DNA of 64,000 nucleotides from Candidatus Thorarchaeota archaeon (GTDB lineage: Archaea; Asgardarchaeota; Thorarchaeia; Thorarchaeales; Thorarchaeaceae). Positions 49,397 to 58,418 of the stretch are shown here, piece by piece; position 1 is the stretch's first letter, and each line of letters starts with the position of its first letter. The notes below the pieces were generated by a model that worked only from the letters and a program-made list of their open reading frames with translations, did no database searches and had not been told where the DNA came from. A program made the translations under genes and the position numbers. The stretch is from assembly GCA_011364985.1 (NCBI GenBank), contig RDOC01000002.1, positions 64,001 through 128,000 on the forward strand, in the 5' to 3' direction.

Positions 49397-49708
49397 ATGA
49401 CTCAAAAAGCAAGGATTCGATTGTCGAGCACAAGTACTGAACACCTTGATAGTGTGTGTAATCAAATCAAGAGAATTACTCGTAAGACAGGTGTTCGTAT
49501 GGCCGGTCCAATCCCATTGCCAACCCGAAAAATGGTAGTTCCGACTCGGAAGACGCCATGTGGACAGGGTTCTGAGTCATGGGATAAATGGGAAATGAGA
49601 GTCCATAAGCGTCTGATAGATATAGATGCTGATGAACGAGCCATTCGGCAGATTATGCGTGTTCGTATTCCTGATTCCGTTTACATTGAGATTGAGCTGA
49701 CAGGGTAG
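49397..49708 (+). CDS. rpsJ: 30S ribosomal protein uS10
   Basis: [36 protein letters not shown]. Confidence 0.97.
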   Translation: MTQKARIRLSSTSTEHLDSVCNQIKRITRKTGVRMAGPIPLPTRKMVVPTRKTPCGQGSESWDKWEMRVHKRLIDIDADERAIRQIMRVRIPDSVYIEIELTG

Positions 49709-49795
49709 TTAATGCTTTCCTTGTCTTGACACAAACTCTTTTTGTACAAACTCTGTTTTCTATATGTTTGAATAAGACAGAGGCGTTTCGAGAAG

Positions 49796-51619
49796 ATGTG
49801 TGGGATTATTGGTGTTGTCCAAAAACGTGGTCAAGTAGCTCCATTTTTACATCAGGCTTTGAAACGTCTTGAGTATAGAGGGTATGACTCTGTAGGGGTT
49901 ACTACCATTTCCAACAACGAATTGTCAATGAAGAAGGATAAAGGTAAGATAGAAGAAGTCCATGTGAAACTAAATCTAGATGATATGCCCGGGAATATTG
50001 GAATTGGACATACTAGATGGGCGACTCATGGAATTCCTTCCATGTATAATTCCCATCCTCATTTTGATTGTAAAAATCAGATTGCTGTTGTTCACAACGG
50101 CGTCATAGACAATTTCCTAGAATTGAGATCCGAGCTGAGCTCCAAGGGACATGAGTTTAGTTCGGAAACAGATACCGAAGTCATTCCGCATATGATTGAG
50201 GAGGGTATGGCTGAAGGACACAGCTTAGTTGATGCATTGAAAGAAGTTACGAAACGTATTGAAGGTACTTACGCGATTGTGGCGATGTCTACTCAAGAAT
50301 CTGATAAGATTGTATGTACACGTGATGGTAATCCTCTTGTAATAGGTAGGAAAGAAGGGGCTTCGTATGTTTCATCGGATATTCCCGCCTTCTTGCCAAT
50401 GACAGATGACATGATTCTTCTCCTTGATGGAGAGATTGCAGTGCTAAGTGCAGGTGGAGTAGAGATTCGTAAACTATCAGATGATTCTCTGGTTGATAGA
50501 GAAACTATCAAGATAAGCTGGACAGCAGATCAAGCTGAGAAAGGTGGATTTCCTCATTTTATGCTAAAGGAAATTCATGAACAGCCTGATGCCATAAGAA
50601 ATACTCTTCGTCTACGTTTTGATACGATACAAAAGGCTGCTAAAATGATACAGGAAGCTAGACGGGTCTACTTCTTAGCAATGGGTACATCTGGTCATGC
50701 AGCGCTTGCCGGTCGTCATATGTTTGCTGCACTCTCAGGTATATTGCCTATATTTGAGCTTGCCAGTGATTTTCAGGATATAGTTTATGGATCTCTGTCA
50801 GAAAAGGATTGTATTGTTGCAATAACTCAATCGGGAGAAACAACTGACACAATAGTATCAGCAAAGTATGCGAAGAGTTTTGGAACAAAGGTATTAGCAA
50901 TCACAAATGTAGTGGGCAGTTCGATAACAAGAATTGCAGATTATACTGTAATTACTCAGGCAGGACCAGAAATTGGTGTTGCGGCAACAAAGACATTTAT
51001 GGTGCAGCTAACAGTCCTAGCTCAAATTGCCTTAGCTGCGTCTGAACAGACTGGATTTCTAGCAGAATATCTAATAGAGAAGAAACGAAAGTGTCTTCAA
51101 GAATTACCAGATTTGGTATCTCAAGTTATTTCAAGAAATGAGGAAATTGCGAGACGTCTTGCTGGAGAGCTATATAAGCGTTCAAGTCTACTCTTTCTTG
51201 GAAGAGGAGTATCGATTGCCACAGCAGAAGAAGGTGCTTTAAAGCTCAAGGAGATTGCTTACAATCATGCTGAAGCATATTCTGCTGGAGAATCAAAGCA
51301 TGGACCAATCGCACTTGTTGAGAAAGGATACCCTGTTGTTTTTGTTGCACCAAGAGATGAAACAAGAAATCGGATAATTGGAAATGTGATGGAAATGAAA
51401 GCACGTGGTGCCTCTATTATTTCTGTTTTAGAAAGAGGAGACCAAGAGCTTGGGGATTTGTCCGACTATTCGTTTGTTGTTCCAGAAGGCATTGAACCCG
51501 AGTTTTCGACAATGCCATACGTAGTACCACTTCAGCTATTTAGCTACTACATGGCGAGAAGAAAAGGGTTTGACCCTGACAAACCTCGAAATCTGGCAAA
51601 GTCGGTAACAGTCCTTTGA
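49796..51619 (+). CDS. glmS: Glutamine--fructose-6-phosphate aminotransferase
   Basis: MCGIIG, LEYRGYDS, GHTRWATHG, QSGET, PRNLAKSVTV. Confidence 0.97.
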   Translation: MCGIIGVVQKRGQVAPFLHQALKRLEYRGYDSVGVTTISNNELSMKKDKGKIEEVHVKLNLDDMPGNIGIGHTRWATHGIPSMYNSHPHFDCKNQIAVVHNGVIDNFLELRSELSSKGHEFSSETDTEVIPHMIEEGMAEGHSLVDALKEVTKRIEGTYAIVAMSTQESDKIVCTRDGNPLVIGRKEGASYVSSDIPAFLPMTDDMILLLDGEIAVLSAGGVEIRKLSDDSLVDRETIKISWTADQAEKGGFPHFMLKEIHEQPDAIRNTLRLRFDTIQKAAKMIQEARRVYFLAMGTSGHAALAGRHMFAALSGILPIFELASDFQDIVYGSLSEKDCIVAITQSGETTDTIVSAKYAKSFGTKVLAITNVVGSSITRIADYTVITQAGPEIGVAATKTFMVQLTVLAQIALAASEQTGFLAEYLIEKKRKCLQELPDLVSQVISRNEEIARRLAGELYKRSSLLFLGRGVSIATAEEGALKLKEIAYNHAEAYSAGESKHGPIALVEKGYPVVFVAPRDETRNRIIGNVMEMKARGASIISVLERGDQELGDLSDYSFVVPEGIEPEFSTMPYVVPLQLFSYYMARRKGFDPDKPRNLAKSVTVL

Positions 51620-51661
51620 GGACCTTAAATACACCAATCATGATTATATGTGTGAATCCAG

Positions 51662-51910
51662 ATGCAGGGAGTACTTCTTAGTCCGCTCTTAGACTTTGCA
51701 AATTTAATAGCTGCATATTTCGCAGAGATTTGGGACTTTCTCATTTTCATTGGAAGAATATCAGCCGTAATAGTAGTCTTGGTTGGGGCTATTCTCTGGT
51801 TTACTGAAGTCAATTGTTCCAAAGGGAAGAGCTTGGTCATGAGTGGAGTCTTGCTTGCCATTATAGTGCAGTACTTTGTGACTTATCCTCCAGGTTTCAT
51901 ATTAGGCTAA
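51662..51910 (+). CDS. Small two-TM protein, VirB2/TrbC/CedA1-like pattern
   Basis: 82 aa; hydrophobic helix (VIVVLVGAILWFT), basic loop (SKGK), second hydrophobic helix (LVMSGVLLAIIV). Confidence 0.5.
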   Translation: MQGVLLSPLLDFANLIAAYFAEIWDFLIFIGRISAVIVVLVGAILWFTEVNCSKGKSLVMSGVLLAIIVQYFVTYPPGFILG

Positions 51911-51928
51911 TCTCTGATCAATAGATTA

Positions 51929-53131
51929 TCAAAGTAGCTCCCTGATTATAATGTGAAGAGCTTCTATCATACGGTCTATGTCTGATTTGGTATTGTATGC
52001 ATGAATAGATATTTGCACTAGACCTTCACTTGCCATAGGTTTGATTAGAGGATGAGCACATAAAAGCCCACTTCTTACTGCTATGTTGGAATCATCAAGA
52101 AACATGGCTACCTCATGACAATTGATACCAGTATCATGTCCAATATTAAAGCCAAGTATCGTTCCATACTTTCTTCCTGATCCATAGAGTTGCACCTCTT
52201 TGAGTTCGGAGAATCGTTTCTCAAGATGACTCCAGAGACTTCTTAGATGATTAATGATATTCCGAATACCAAGATTTCGGGTGTAGGCTAAGGATTCACC
52301 AAGGCCAACAATAGCAGGAATGTTGAGTGTTCCAGCTTCGAATTTGTCAGGTTGCAATGATAATTCGTAGGATTTTGGTTCAACGTTGGCGACAGCAGAC
52401 CCTCCCAGAATCCCTGGTATATGAGATTCTCCAATCTCTGATTTAATCCATTGGATTGCTAGACCAGGAGGCCCCATTAGTCCAATATTCCCTGAGAAGA
52501 GGACAACATCAGCTCCCAAATTTTGAGGCTTGAAATCAAGGAAACCAATTGACCGTGTGGCATCAGTGAGGAGAAGAGCTTGTTTCTCATTAGTTATTTT
52601 GCTAATTTGATTAATAGGATTGGTAGTACCAGTTCCAACAGTAACATGACCTACAGCGACAATGCCAGTCTTTTCGTCGATTTTCCTTTCAAGAAAAGCC
52701 ATGTCAAGTGTGCCTTCGACATCTATTGGTATTACTTCAATCTCAAGCTTTAGAACTTCGGCAATTCGAAGAAGACTCACAAGAACGGAGTTTTCTTCAT
52801 TCTGAGAGATTATAATCTTTGACCGTTCTTTATTTTGACCATAGACTCCATATGCAAAGGATGCTACTGCAGTAGGAATAGACTTCTGAAAGGATAGTTG
52901 GTATTGATTAGTAGCAAGATGTTTGGCTAGATTTCGGCGTACATCCTCTGTTTTTGAACCACCTTGTACAGCTAGATTATGTGCCCCTCTTCGAGATGAA
53001 ACAGCAATTGTCTCAAGAAATTTTTTTGTGCCTTCTGCGGAAATTCTTGGTACGAGAGTGGTACTAATAGAATCGAAATAGGCGAGATTTGGTATTGAGT
53101 CATAGACTCCGAAGTCAGACTTGAGGTTCAT
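51929..53131 (-). CDS. SufS/aminotransferase class V-like protein lacking the PLP lysine
   Basis: Overall SufS pattern (KFEAGTLNI, IAVRSGLLCAHP, AYNT), but FSGNIG replaces the usual SGHK. Confidence 0.8.
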   Translation of the reverse strand: MNLKSDFGVYDSIPNLAYFDSISTTLVPRISAEGTKKFLETIAVSSRRGAHNLAVQGGSKTEDVRRNLAKHLATNQYQLSFQKSIPTAVASFAYGVYGQNKERSKIIISQNEENSVLVSLLRIAEVLKLEIEVIPIDVEGTLDMAFLERKIDEKTGIVAVGHVTVGTGTTNPINQISKITNEKQALLLTDATRSIGFLDFKPQNLGADVVLFSGNIGLMGPPGLAIQWIKSEIGESHIPGILGGSAVANVEPKSYELSLQPDKFEAGTLNIPAIVGLGESLAYTRNLGIRNIINHLRSLWSHLEKRFSELKEVQLYGSGRKYGTILGFNIGHDTGINCHEVAMFLDDSNIAVRSGLLCAHPLIKPMASEGLVQISIHAYNTKSDIDRMIEALHIIIRELL

Positions 53132-53200
53132 TCAACCATTCTCCCTGATTCTCAATTAGGAAGCTCCTTTAATATTGACGTTGTTTGTGACTATTGCAAT

Positions 53201-54214
53201 ATGGCTATCATTGATCCAATCGAAGGTTTCTTCATCGTAACTAATGAAGGTCTGATTTTCGAGGTTAAAGGAAATGTTCAACCTAAAGACAGGATAATAG
53301 CATATCTACGGTATATTCCAGATGAGAAAGGTAATCGGATAAGCAATAATGGAATGAAATACAGGAAAGTGTATGAATTTGCAGAAAGAGAAGAATTCCT
53401 CAGACAGTATTATCCTCAATATCTTTGGAACAGCGAAATACACGGTCGTGTTATTCAGGCAGTACCTGTAGATTCTATTGCTTTTGTGCTGAATCCTGTT
53501 GATAGTATGCGACAAATGAGAAACATGAAACATCAGATGTCACAATCACAAAATGCTGCTCGGGAATTAGCTGAGATACTTGTGGAAACGGCGGATATTG
53601 ATTGGTCTAGTATTGGAATTACGGGATCTCATCTTGTCGGTCTGGAAACTAGCGCCTCTGATATTGATCTTGTAGTCTATGGGAGCTTTTCGGCCAGAAA
53701 GCTTTACTCGCGATTACATACTGGGCATACAATTCCAAGTATTATGAAGTATCGAGGGGAACAACTTGAAAAGCATCTTCGCTTTAGATGGGCAAGACTA
53801 CCGAAGTGGATGACAAAGCTAAGGAAGATTGAATCAGAGAAATGCCTTCAAGGATTGTTTTCTTCGTACGAGTTCTACATCCGAGCTGTTAAACTGCCAA
53901 ATGAGATGGATTGGTCGTTTTATGATTTATTTTTCGAGAGTAAAGGTGAGCACGTTGTTGAAGGTAGAGTGCTTTCTGATTTAGACTCGATCTTCACACC
54001 ATGTGTATATTCCATTGAATGCGTAGAATTTGCAGACCTTCAATATCTTGTAAGTTATAGAGGCCGTTTTGCAGAACATGTTAAGAAAGGTATGAAAATT
54101 CAAGCTAAGGGAATGTTAGAAATGGTGATGGACAACTCAGGGAAGAAGTATATGCAGCTTGTCCTTGGAGAAAGACCATCGGATTATCTCGTGCCTTTGT
54201 CAAAGCAAATTTGA
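53201..54214 (+). CDS. Archaeal nucleotidyltransferase-domain protein (COG1665-like)
   Basis: EGFF...FEVKG, AYLRY, GITGS..G....SDIDLVVYG, SYRGRFAE. Confidence 0.8.
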   Translation: MAIIDPIEGFFIVTNEGLIFEVKGNVQPKDRIIAYLRYIPDEKGNRISNNGMKYRKVYEFAEREEFLRQYYPQYLWNSEIHGRVIQAVPVDSIAFVLNPVDSMRQMRNMKHQMSQSQNAARELAEILVETADIDWSSIGITGSHLVGLETSASDIDLVVYGSFSARKLYSRLHTGHTIPSIMKYRGEQLEKHLRFRWARLPKWMTKLRKIESEKCLQGLFSSYEFYIRAVKLPNEMDWSFYDLFFESKGEHVVEGRVLSDLDSIFTPCVYSIECVEFADLQYLVSYRGRFAEHVKKGMKIQAKGMLEMVMDNSGKKYMQLVLGERPSDYLVPLSKQI

Positions 54215-54246
54215 TCATGGCGATTTTTGTTTTACACATACACACA

Positions 54247-54695
54247 GTTCACAGGGAATTGTTGTGAATGGCGCCTTTTTTGTGAATATATTTTAGAAAA
54301 GATTGTTCTAATTACTCTGATATGCTGAAACTCAGCCCATAGAGTTGTTTTTATGTGTGAATGGACACACCCCTTCGTTTCCAATGGAACTAAGAAAGGA
54401 GAGAAATGAATCGCTTTCTCATTATTCACAAGCATGATAATTTAGTGAATATCTTAATAAATGGATAAAAAGTCTTAAATCGTTTGAAAGAAGATTATAA
54501 TCCTCTTTTTTCGCTTATAAGGAATAAGAAGCTGTTAAAGAGAAAAAAATGGAGTAGACATCTTGCTAATGTGTATCAATACATTATCTTGCTGTTATTC
54601 TGGTATAGATGATTCACATACTCACACTTATTTGGAGAATCGAGCTAGAGTATTGTGAATGAACTGATATTAAGAAATTGCACACTTGGGTGAAT
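54247..54695. repeat. Dispersed array of TGTGAAT/ATTCACA heptamers in an AT-rich intergenic region
   Basis: Exact copies at 54263, 54281, 54356, 54424(-), 54612(-), 54654; near copies at 54247(-), 54444, 54689. Confidence 0.65.
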
Positions 54696-54699
54696 ATGT

Positions 54700-55320
54700 T
54701 TGACTGGAGAAGAACGGACTAATTATGTGTATGAGTTTACGTATAATTCAGGACCTGGTCTTCGAGAGATATTCCAGTGTAAGTTTGTTAGACCTGATGA
54801 GGCTCTGACACGTTTTAGAAGAATCCTTTCGCTTACAGAAGCCCCATTCGATTTCAAAATAGTAGTTCAAGATGAATCTAATGGAGAAGAATCTAGCTTT
54901 CAGGTGAAAGGTGGAAGCATAGATGAAATGTTTGAGAAATTCAAAGTATTTTTGGAAACAAGTACTGGCTATTCCTTTGTAACAGAACCAGAAGATACTA
55001 CTGATTTGGAATTGAAAGATGTTACTTTCGATTCGATGAGTAGTTATGAGAAGATGCACATCATTATCTATGCATCATTTAAACATGGTAAATTCTCTTC
55101 CTTAGATGTTGCCGAAATATATCAGGCAACCTTTAATGAGGATCTTCCAAAGAGCACGGCCTCGACGTATTTGGCTAGAATGTGGAATGGAGGAAAAGGG
55201 CATCTTGAAAGATATGGTAATCGTTCAGGGTATATCTATCGATTAAAAACAGAGATTAGTGAAGTTAGGAAAGAAACCGAAAGAGCCGAAGAAATTCTTG
55301 CGTCTATCCAAATCAAATAG
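54700..55320 (+). CDS. Hypothetical protein with C-terminal winged-helix-like DNA-binding domain
   Basis: FSSLDVAEIYQATFNEDLPKSTASTYLARM...LERYGNRSGYIYRL. Confidence 0.7.
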   Translation: MTGEERTNYVYEFTYNSGPGLREIFQCKFVRPDEALTRFRRILSLTEAPFDFKIVVQDESNGEESSFQVKGGSIDEMFEKFKVFLETSTGYSFVTEPEDTTDLELKDVTFDSMSSYEKMHIIIYASFKHGKFSSLDVAEIYQATFNEDLPKSTASTYLARMWNGGKGHLERYGNRSGYIYRLKTEISEVRKETERAEEILASIQIK

Positions 55321-55353
55321 AAGCAAGAGCTTGTAGTATTTCAACGGGCTTAT

Positions 55354-56670
55354 TTAAATTCGAATTCTGTGTTCTTCAAGGAAGATGTCTGTTTTCTCAA
55401 GCTCTCTTAGAATTGGTTGATAAAGTTCAGGCGATACTGGTCGATGCACACCCGTCAAATTAATCTCACCTTCGAGAATCATCCGAGTGGCTATTGCAAC
55501 GGGTAGTGCAACGGTTCGTGACATTGAACTGTCCCCATTTGGAATGCCATAATCAATCATAGTTGATGTTATTCGTTCTGCATGATCAGAAAATTCAGCA
55601 ATGAACTCGTGATGCATCACAAGCATATCACGTTCTCCTGTACTATATTGTAGCTTTTCTTCAAATAGGAAACAAAGAGCATCAAGGTTTGTATTGATAC
55701 CAAGAGGTATAGCTTGATGCTCAAATAAACCAAGCCATTTAAGGCGAGAAATTATCGGATCGTCAACGGAGAGGTCTGTCTTTTTGGCTGTTGCTTTTCT
55801 TAGATCATGTTCCTTCGTTCCAACTAGACACCTCATTAAATCAGCATAAGTCATTTTTTCGAAACTTGTTTCTTCCAAATTAAGAAGACCGATATCTGTT
55901 ATTTTCTTCATTGTGGTACACCAGCCGAGGTTTCTGAGTGTACCCCTTAGCATTGTCTTTGTTTCTGGTATTTTGTAGATGTCAATGTAAGACATGCTAT
56001 CTCTATTTGGATAACCCTCGAATTTCCCAAGATTTGGAATTTCTATAATCTCATAATTATCGAAGAGTTCAAGACCAGGTATTTTGATCTGCTTTCCATT
56101 TCGGAGAAAGTGTGCATCATTTCGTCCTGCTAGGAGAACTCCTCTTGGACTCCAAGAGAGTTTGTAGCCGAAGGGATTGTTATTAGCCTCTGGAGCAGGA
56201 AGACCACCAGTGAAGGATGTAAAGCTTCGGATTTCTCCGTCATTCTTGTGGATTTCATCAATAATTTTCTGTGCACTCATATGGTCAATTCCTGGGTCAA
56301 CGCCGCATTCATTCAAAAGAATGATACCAGCTGCGTTTGCCTCGTCCTCCAAGCCGCGCATTTCATCGGAGATGTAGGATGTCGTACAAAAATGTGTTTT
56401 ATTCTTAATTGCAATTTTGGCTGCCTTGACATGATATGTGTATGGTAGTAACGAACATACAAGATCTGCTTTGTTAGTCAATTCATCAAGAAGTTTGTCA
56501 TCAGTTTTTATGTTGAATGCAACAGACTCAGCGTTCTTGCATCCCTCAATTAACCTGTCTGCTTTGTTTTTTGTACGACTTGCTACAATTACATGAAAAC
56601 CATGATTAGTCAAATATTGTACAAAGGGATGAGCAACAAGACCAGCTCCTAGACAGAGTACTTTCTTCAA
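55354..56670 (-). CDS. Saccharopine dehydrogenase (glutamate-forming; LYS9/AASS-SDH type)
   Basis: LGAGLV, SLLPY, TTSY, GVDPGIDHM, GGLPAPEANNNPFGYKLSWSPRG, YPNRDS, RGTLR. Confidence 0.93.
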   Translation of the reverse strand: MKKVLCLGAGLVAHPFVQYLTNHGFHVIVASRTKNKADRLIEGCKNAESVAFNIKTDDKLLDELTNKADLVCSLLPYTYHVKAAKIAIKNKTHFCTTSYISDEMRGLEDEANAAGIILLNECGVDPGIDHMSAQKIIDEIHKNDGEIRSFTSFTGGLPAPEANNNPFGYKLSWSPRGVLLAGRNDAHFLRNGKQIKIPGLELFDNYEIIEIPNLGKFEGYPNRDSMSYIDIYKIPETKTMLRGTLRNLGWCTTMKKITDIGLLNLEETSFEKMTYADLMRCLVGTKEHDLRKATAKKTDLSVDDPIISRLKWLGLFEHQAIPLGINTNLDALCFLFEEKLQYSTGERDMLVMHHEFIAEFSDHAERITSTMIDYGIPNGDSSMSRTVALPVAIATRMILEGEINLTGVHRPVSPELYQPILRELEKTDIFLEEHRIRI

Positions 56671-57986
56671 TGTTGATTCTCCTCGTTTGAAAGGTGCCTT
56701 TGTAGGTATTCGTAGTTTTTCGTTAGTTTTCCTTGGTAGACAATGACAGCATCTTTGATTTCTTCAGGAAGTTGGAGTTCGTCAAAGGGAACTGTGAAAT
56801 CTGCCTTCGCCAGTGAAGGTATGAAATCCAAAAGGGTTTTGCTAAAGGAAGTAGATGATTCCCGTGGAAGTTCGCAAGGTAGATTGTCAATAGCTATAAC
56901 AAGTATTCCGTCACCATCTACGACAGGTTCTGTTGTATCTTTTGACACAATGTATGAGAAAGCTGGATTGTCAGGTGTTGTAGATTGAAGCGTGATTTCA
57001 ATAGCTCCGTTTATATCACAGGAAATATCGCCAATCGCTTCAAGTCTTCTATTATCATCATTCCAATGTTCTTGGATAAAATCTTTTGTAATAAGGCGAG
57101 GGTATTTTGAGGACCAGTATATGCAATTCATGAGAACTGTGAGGTACGGTATATATCTATGGAATATACCATTATATTTGGAAGCTCCAAATTCGTAATA
57201 ATCTTGTAGTTCGAATTTGGCATTCGGATCTTTTGGTTCTACAAGATGTTCTTCCTTGAAAATACATTTGTAAAGCTTGTCCTTACTCTTTGGCAGATTT
57301 GGAAGTAAGTCTGGTGGCACTTGTTCATGTGGGAGAATATCAAATATTCTTTGCGCACCTTGTGATACGTTTCCATACCCAGAGAAGCCAACTACAAAGG
57401 GAGTCATACTTTCAGGGAGACCATTTCTTTCAATTCGTTCCTTTACACTATGAAATACATCTTGGAGCTCGTTCAGATCCTTGCATTGTAACGTCGGTTT
57501 CATCCCTGTAAAGGGATTTGGTCTGATACCGCGCTTTTCCATTCTTTGACCCAAGGTTCGAAGAGTATCCGATACTCCTGCTATGCCAGCCCAATTTCCA
57601 AAGTAAATTAATCGCCGTCCCTTTGAATCTAATATACGTTCATAATCAATTAGTGTTGCACCGGTATTCAAGATTCGTTTGAGCATAGGCATGTTTTGTT
57701 TCTGTCCTTTGATTGTATGACTAAAGAAAATATAGACAATATCTTTCTCAAAGAAATCAATTGGCATTTCTTTGATGCCTAAAACAATGGGAATCCTGCT
57801 GCCTTTCAGAATTGCGGAATTTGCTCCTGCTAATTTGTATTCTTCCTCGGAAAATGTACGTTGAGCACTCGGTTCAATGATGAATTTTATGCCATGTTGG
57901 CTTGAGAGATATTTTACATGTTCAGGTACTACCGCTACTCTTGTTTCAAAGGCCTTCTCTTCCTTTCTAAGACCTATTGTATTCAT
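56667..57986 (-). CDS. Lysine-ketoglutarate reductase (AASS LKR domain; AlaDh/PNT fold)
   Basis: ETRVAVVP, GIKE, FFSHTIKGQ, LIDYE, GYGNVSQGA, NCIYW, DISCD, IDNLPCELP. GGAGG SD before ATG 57986. Confidence 0.9.
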   Translation of the reverse strand: MNTIGLRKEEKAFETRVAVVPEHVKYLSSQHGIKFIIEPSAQRTFSEEEYKLAGANSAILKGSRIPIVLGIKEMPIDFFEKDIVYIFFSHTIKGQKQNMPMLKRILNTGATLIDYERILDSKGRRLIYFGNWAGIAGVSDTLRTLGQRMEKRGIRPNPFTGMKPTLQCKDLNELQDVFHSVKERIERNGLPESMTPFVVGFSGYGNVSQGAQRIFDILPHEQVPPDLLPNLPKSKDKLYKCIFKEEHLVEPKDPNAKFELQDYYEFGASKYNGIFHRYIPYLTVLMNCIYWSSKYPRLITKDFIQEHWNDDNRRLEAIGDISCDINGAIEITLQSTTPDNPAFSYIVSKDTTEPVVDGDGILVIAIDNLPCELPRESSTSFSKTLLDFIPSLAKADFTVPFDELQLPEEIKDAVIVYQGKLTKNYEYLQRHLSNEENQH

Positions 57987-58128
57987 ATACTTTCCTCCAA
58001 GCTGATTTGCATTTACCAAGTTAGGACAAGGCCGTGGGATTGAATACTATGCTTTAACCTTTCCATATCAGAAATGTATTACTCAAGCTAAAATCGGAAC
58101 AGGTGTTCCAAGTAGTTTGCTGAGAGAT

Positions 58129-58407
58129 ATGACAAGATTCCTGTATCTATATGATTGCAAAAAGGCACGTGAATTCAATGCACGTAGAGTTTCTTTCACA
58201 AAGGAGCTTTATGGATATTTGTATAGTTGGAAAACAAAGAGTGGATTTAAGCAAAAGAAAAAAAGAGGTCTTATAGATCAATGCCTAGGTGCAGAGGTTG
58301 TAACAGATTCAGCAATTCTTGTTCCAGAGTCTTGTAAACACCTATTTGATAATCTATTTGCATCCTATTCCGATATTCTGAATGCGGAAGTGTTTCAAGT
58401 CGTGTAA
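58129..58407 (+). CDS. Small basic hypothetical protein, possible Cas2/VapD-like ferredoxin fold
   Basis: FLYLYD beta strand, helix RRVSFTKELYGY, GLI...DSAILVP. ATG at 58129. Confidence 0.55.
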   Translation: MTRFLYLYDCKKAREFNARRVSFTKELYGYLYSWKTKSGFKQKKKRGLIDQCLGAEVVTDSAILVPESCKHLFDNLFASYSDILNAEVFQVV

Positions 58408-58418
58408 AGAAAAGCATG

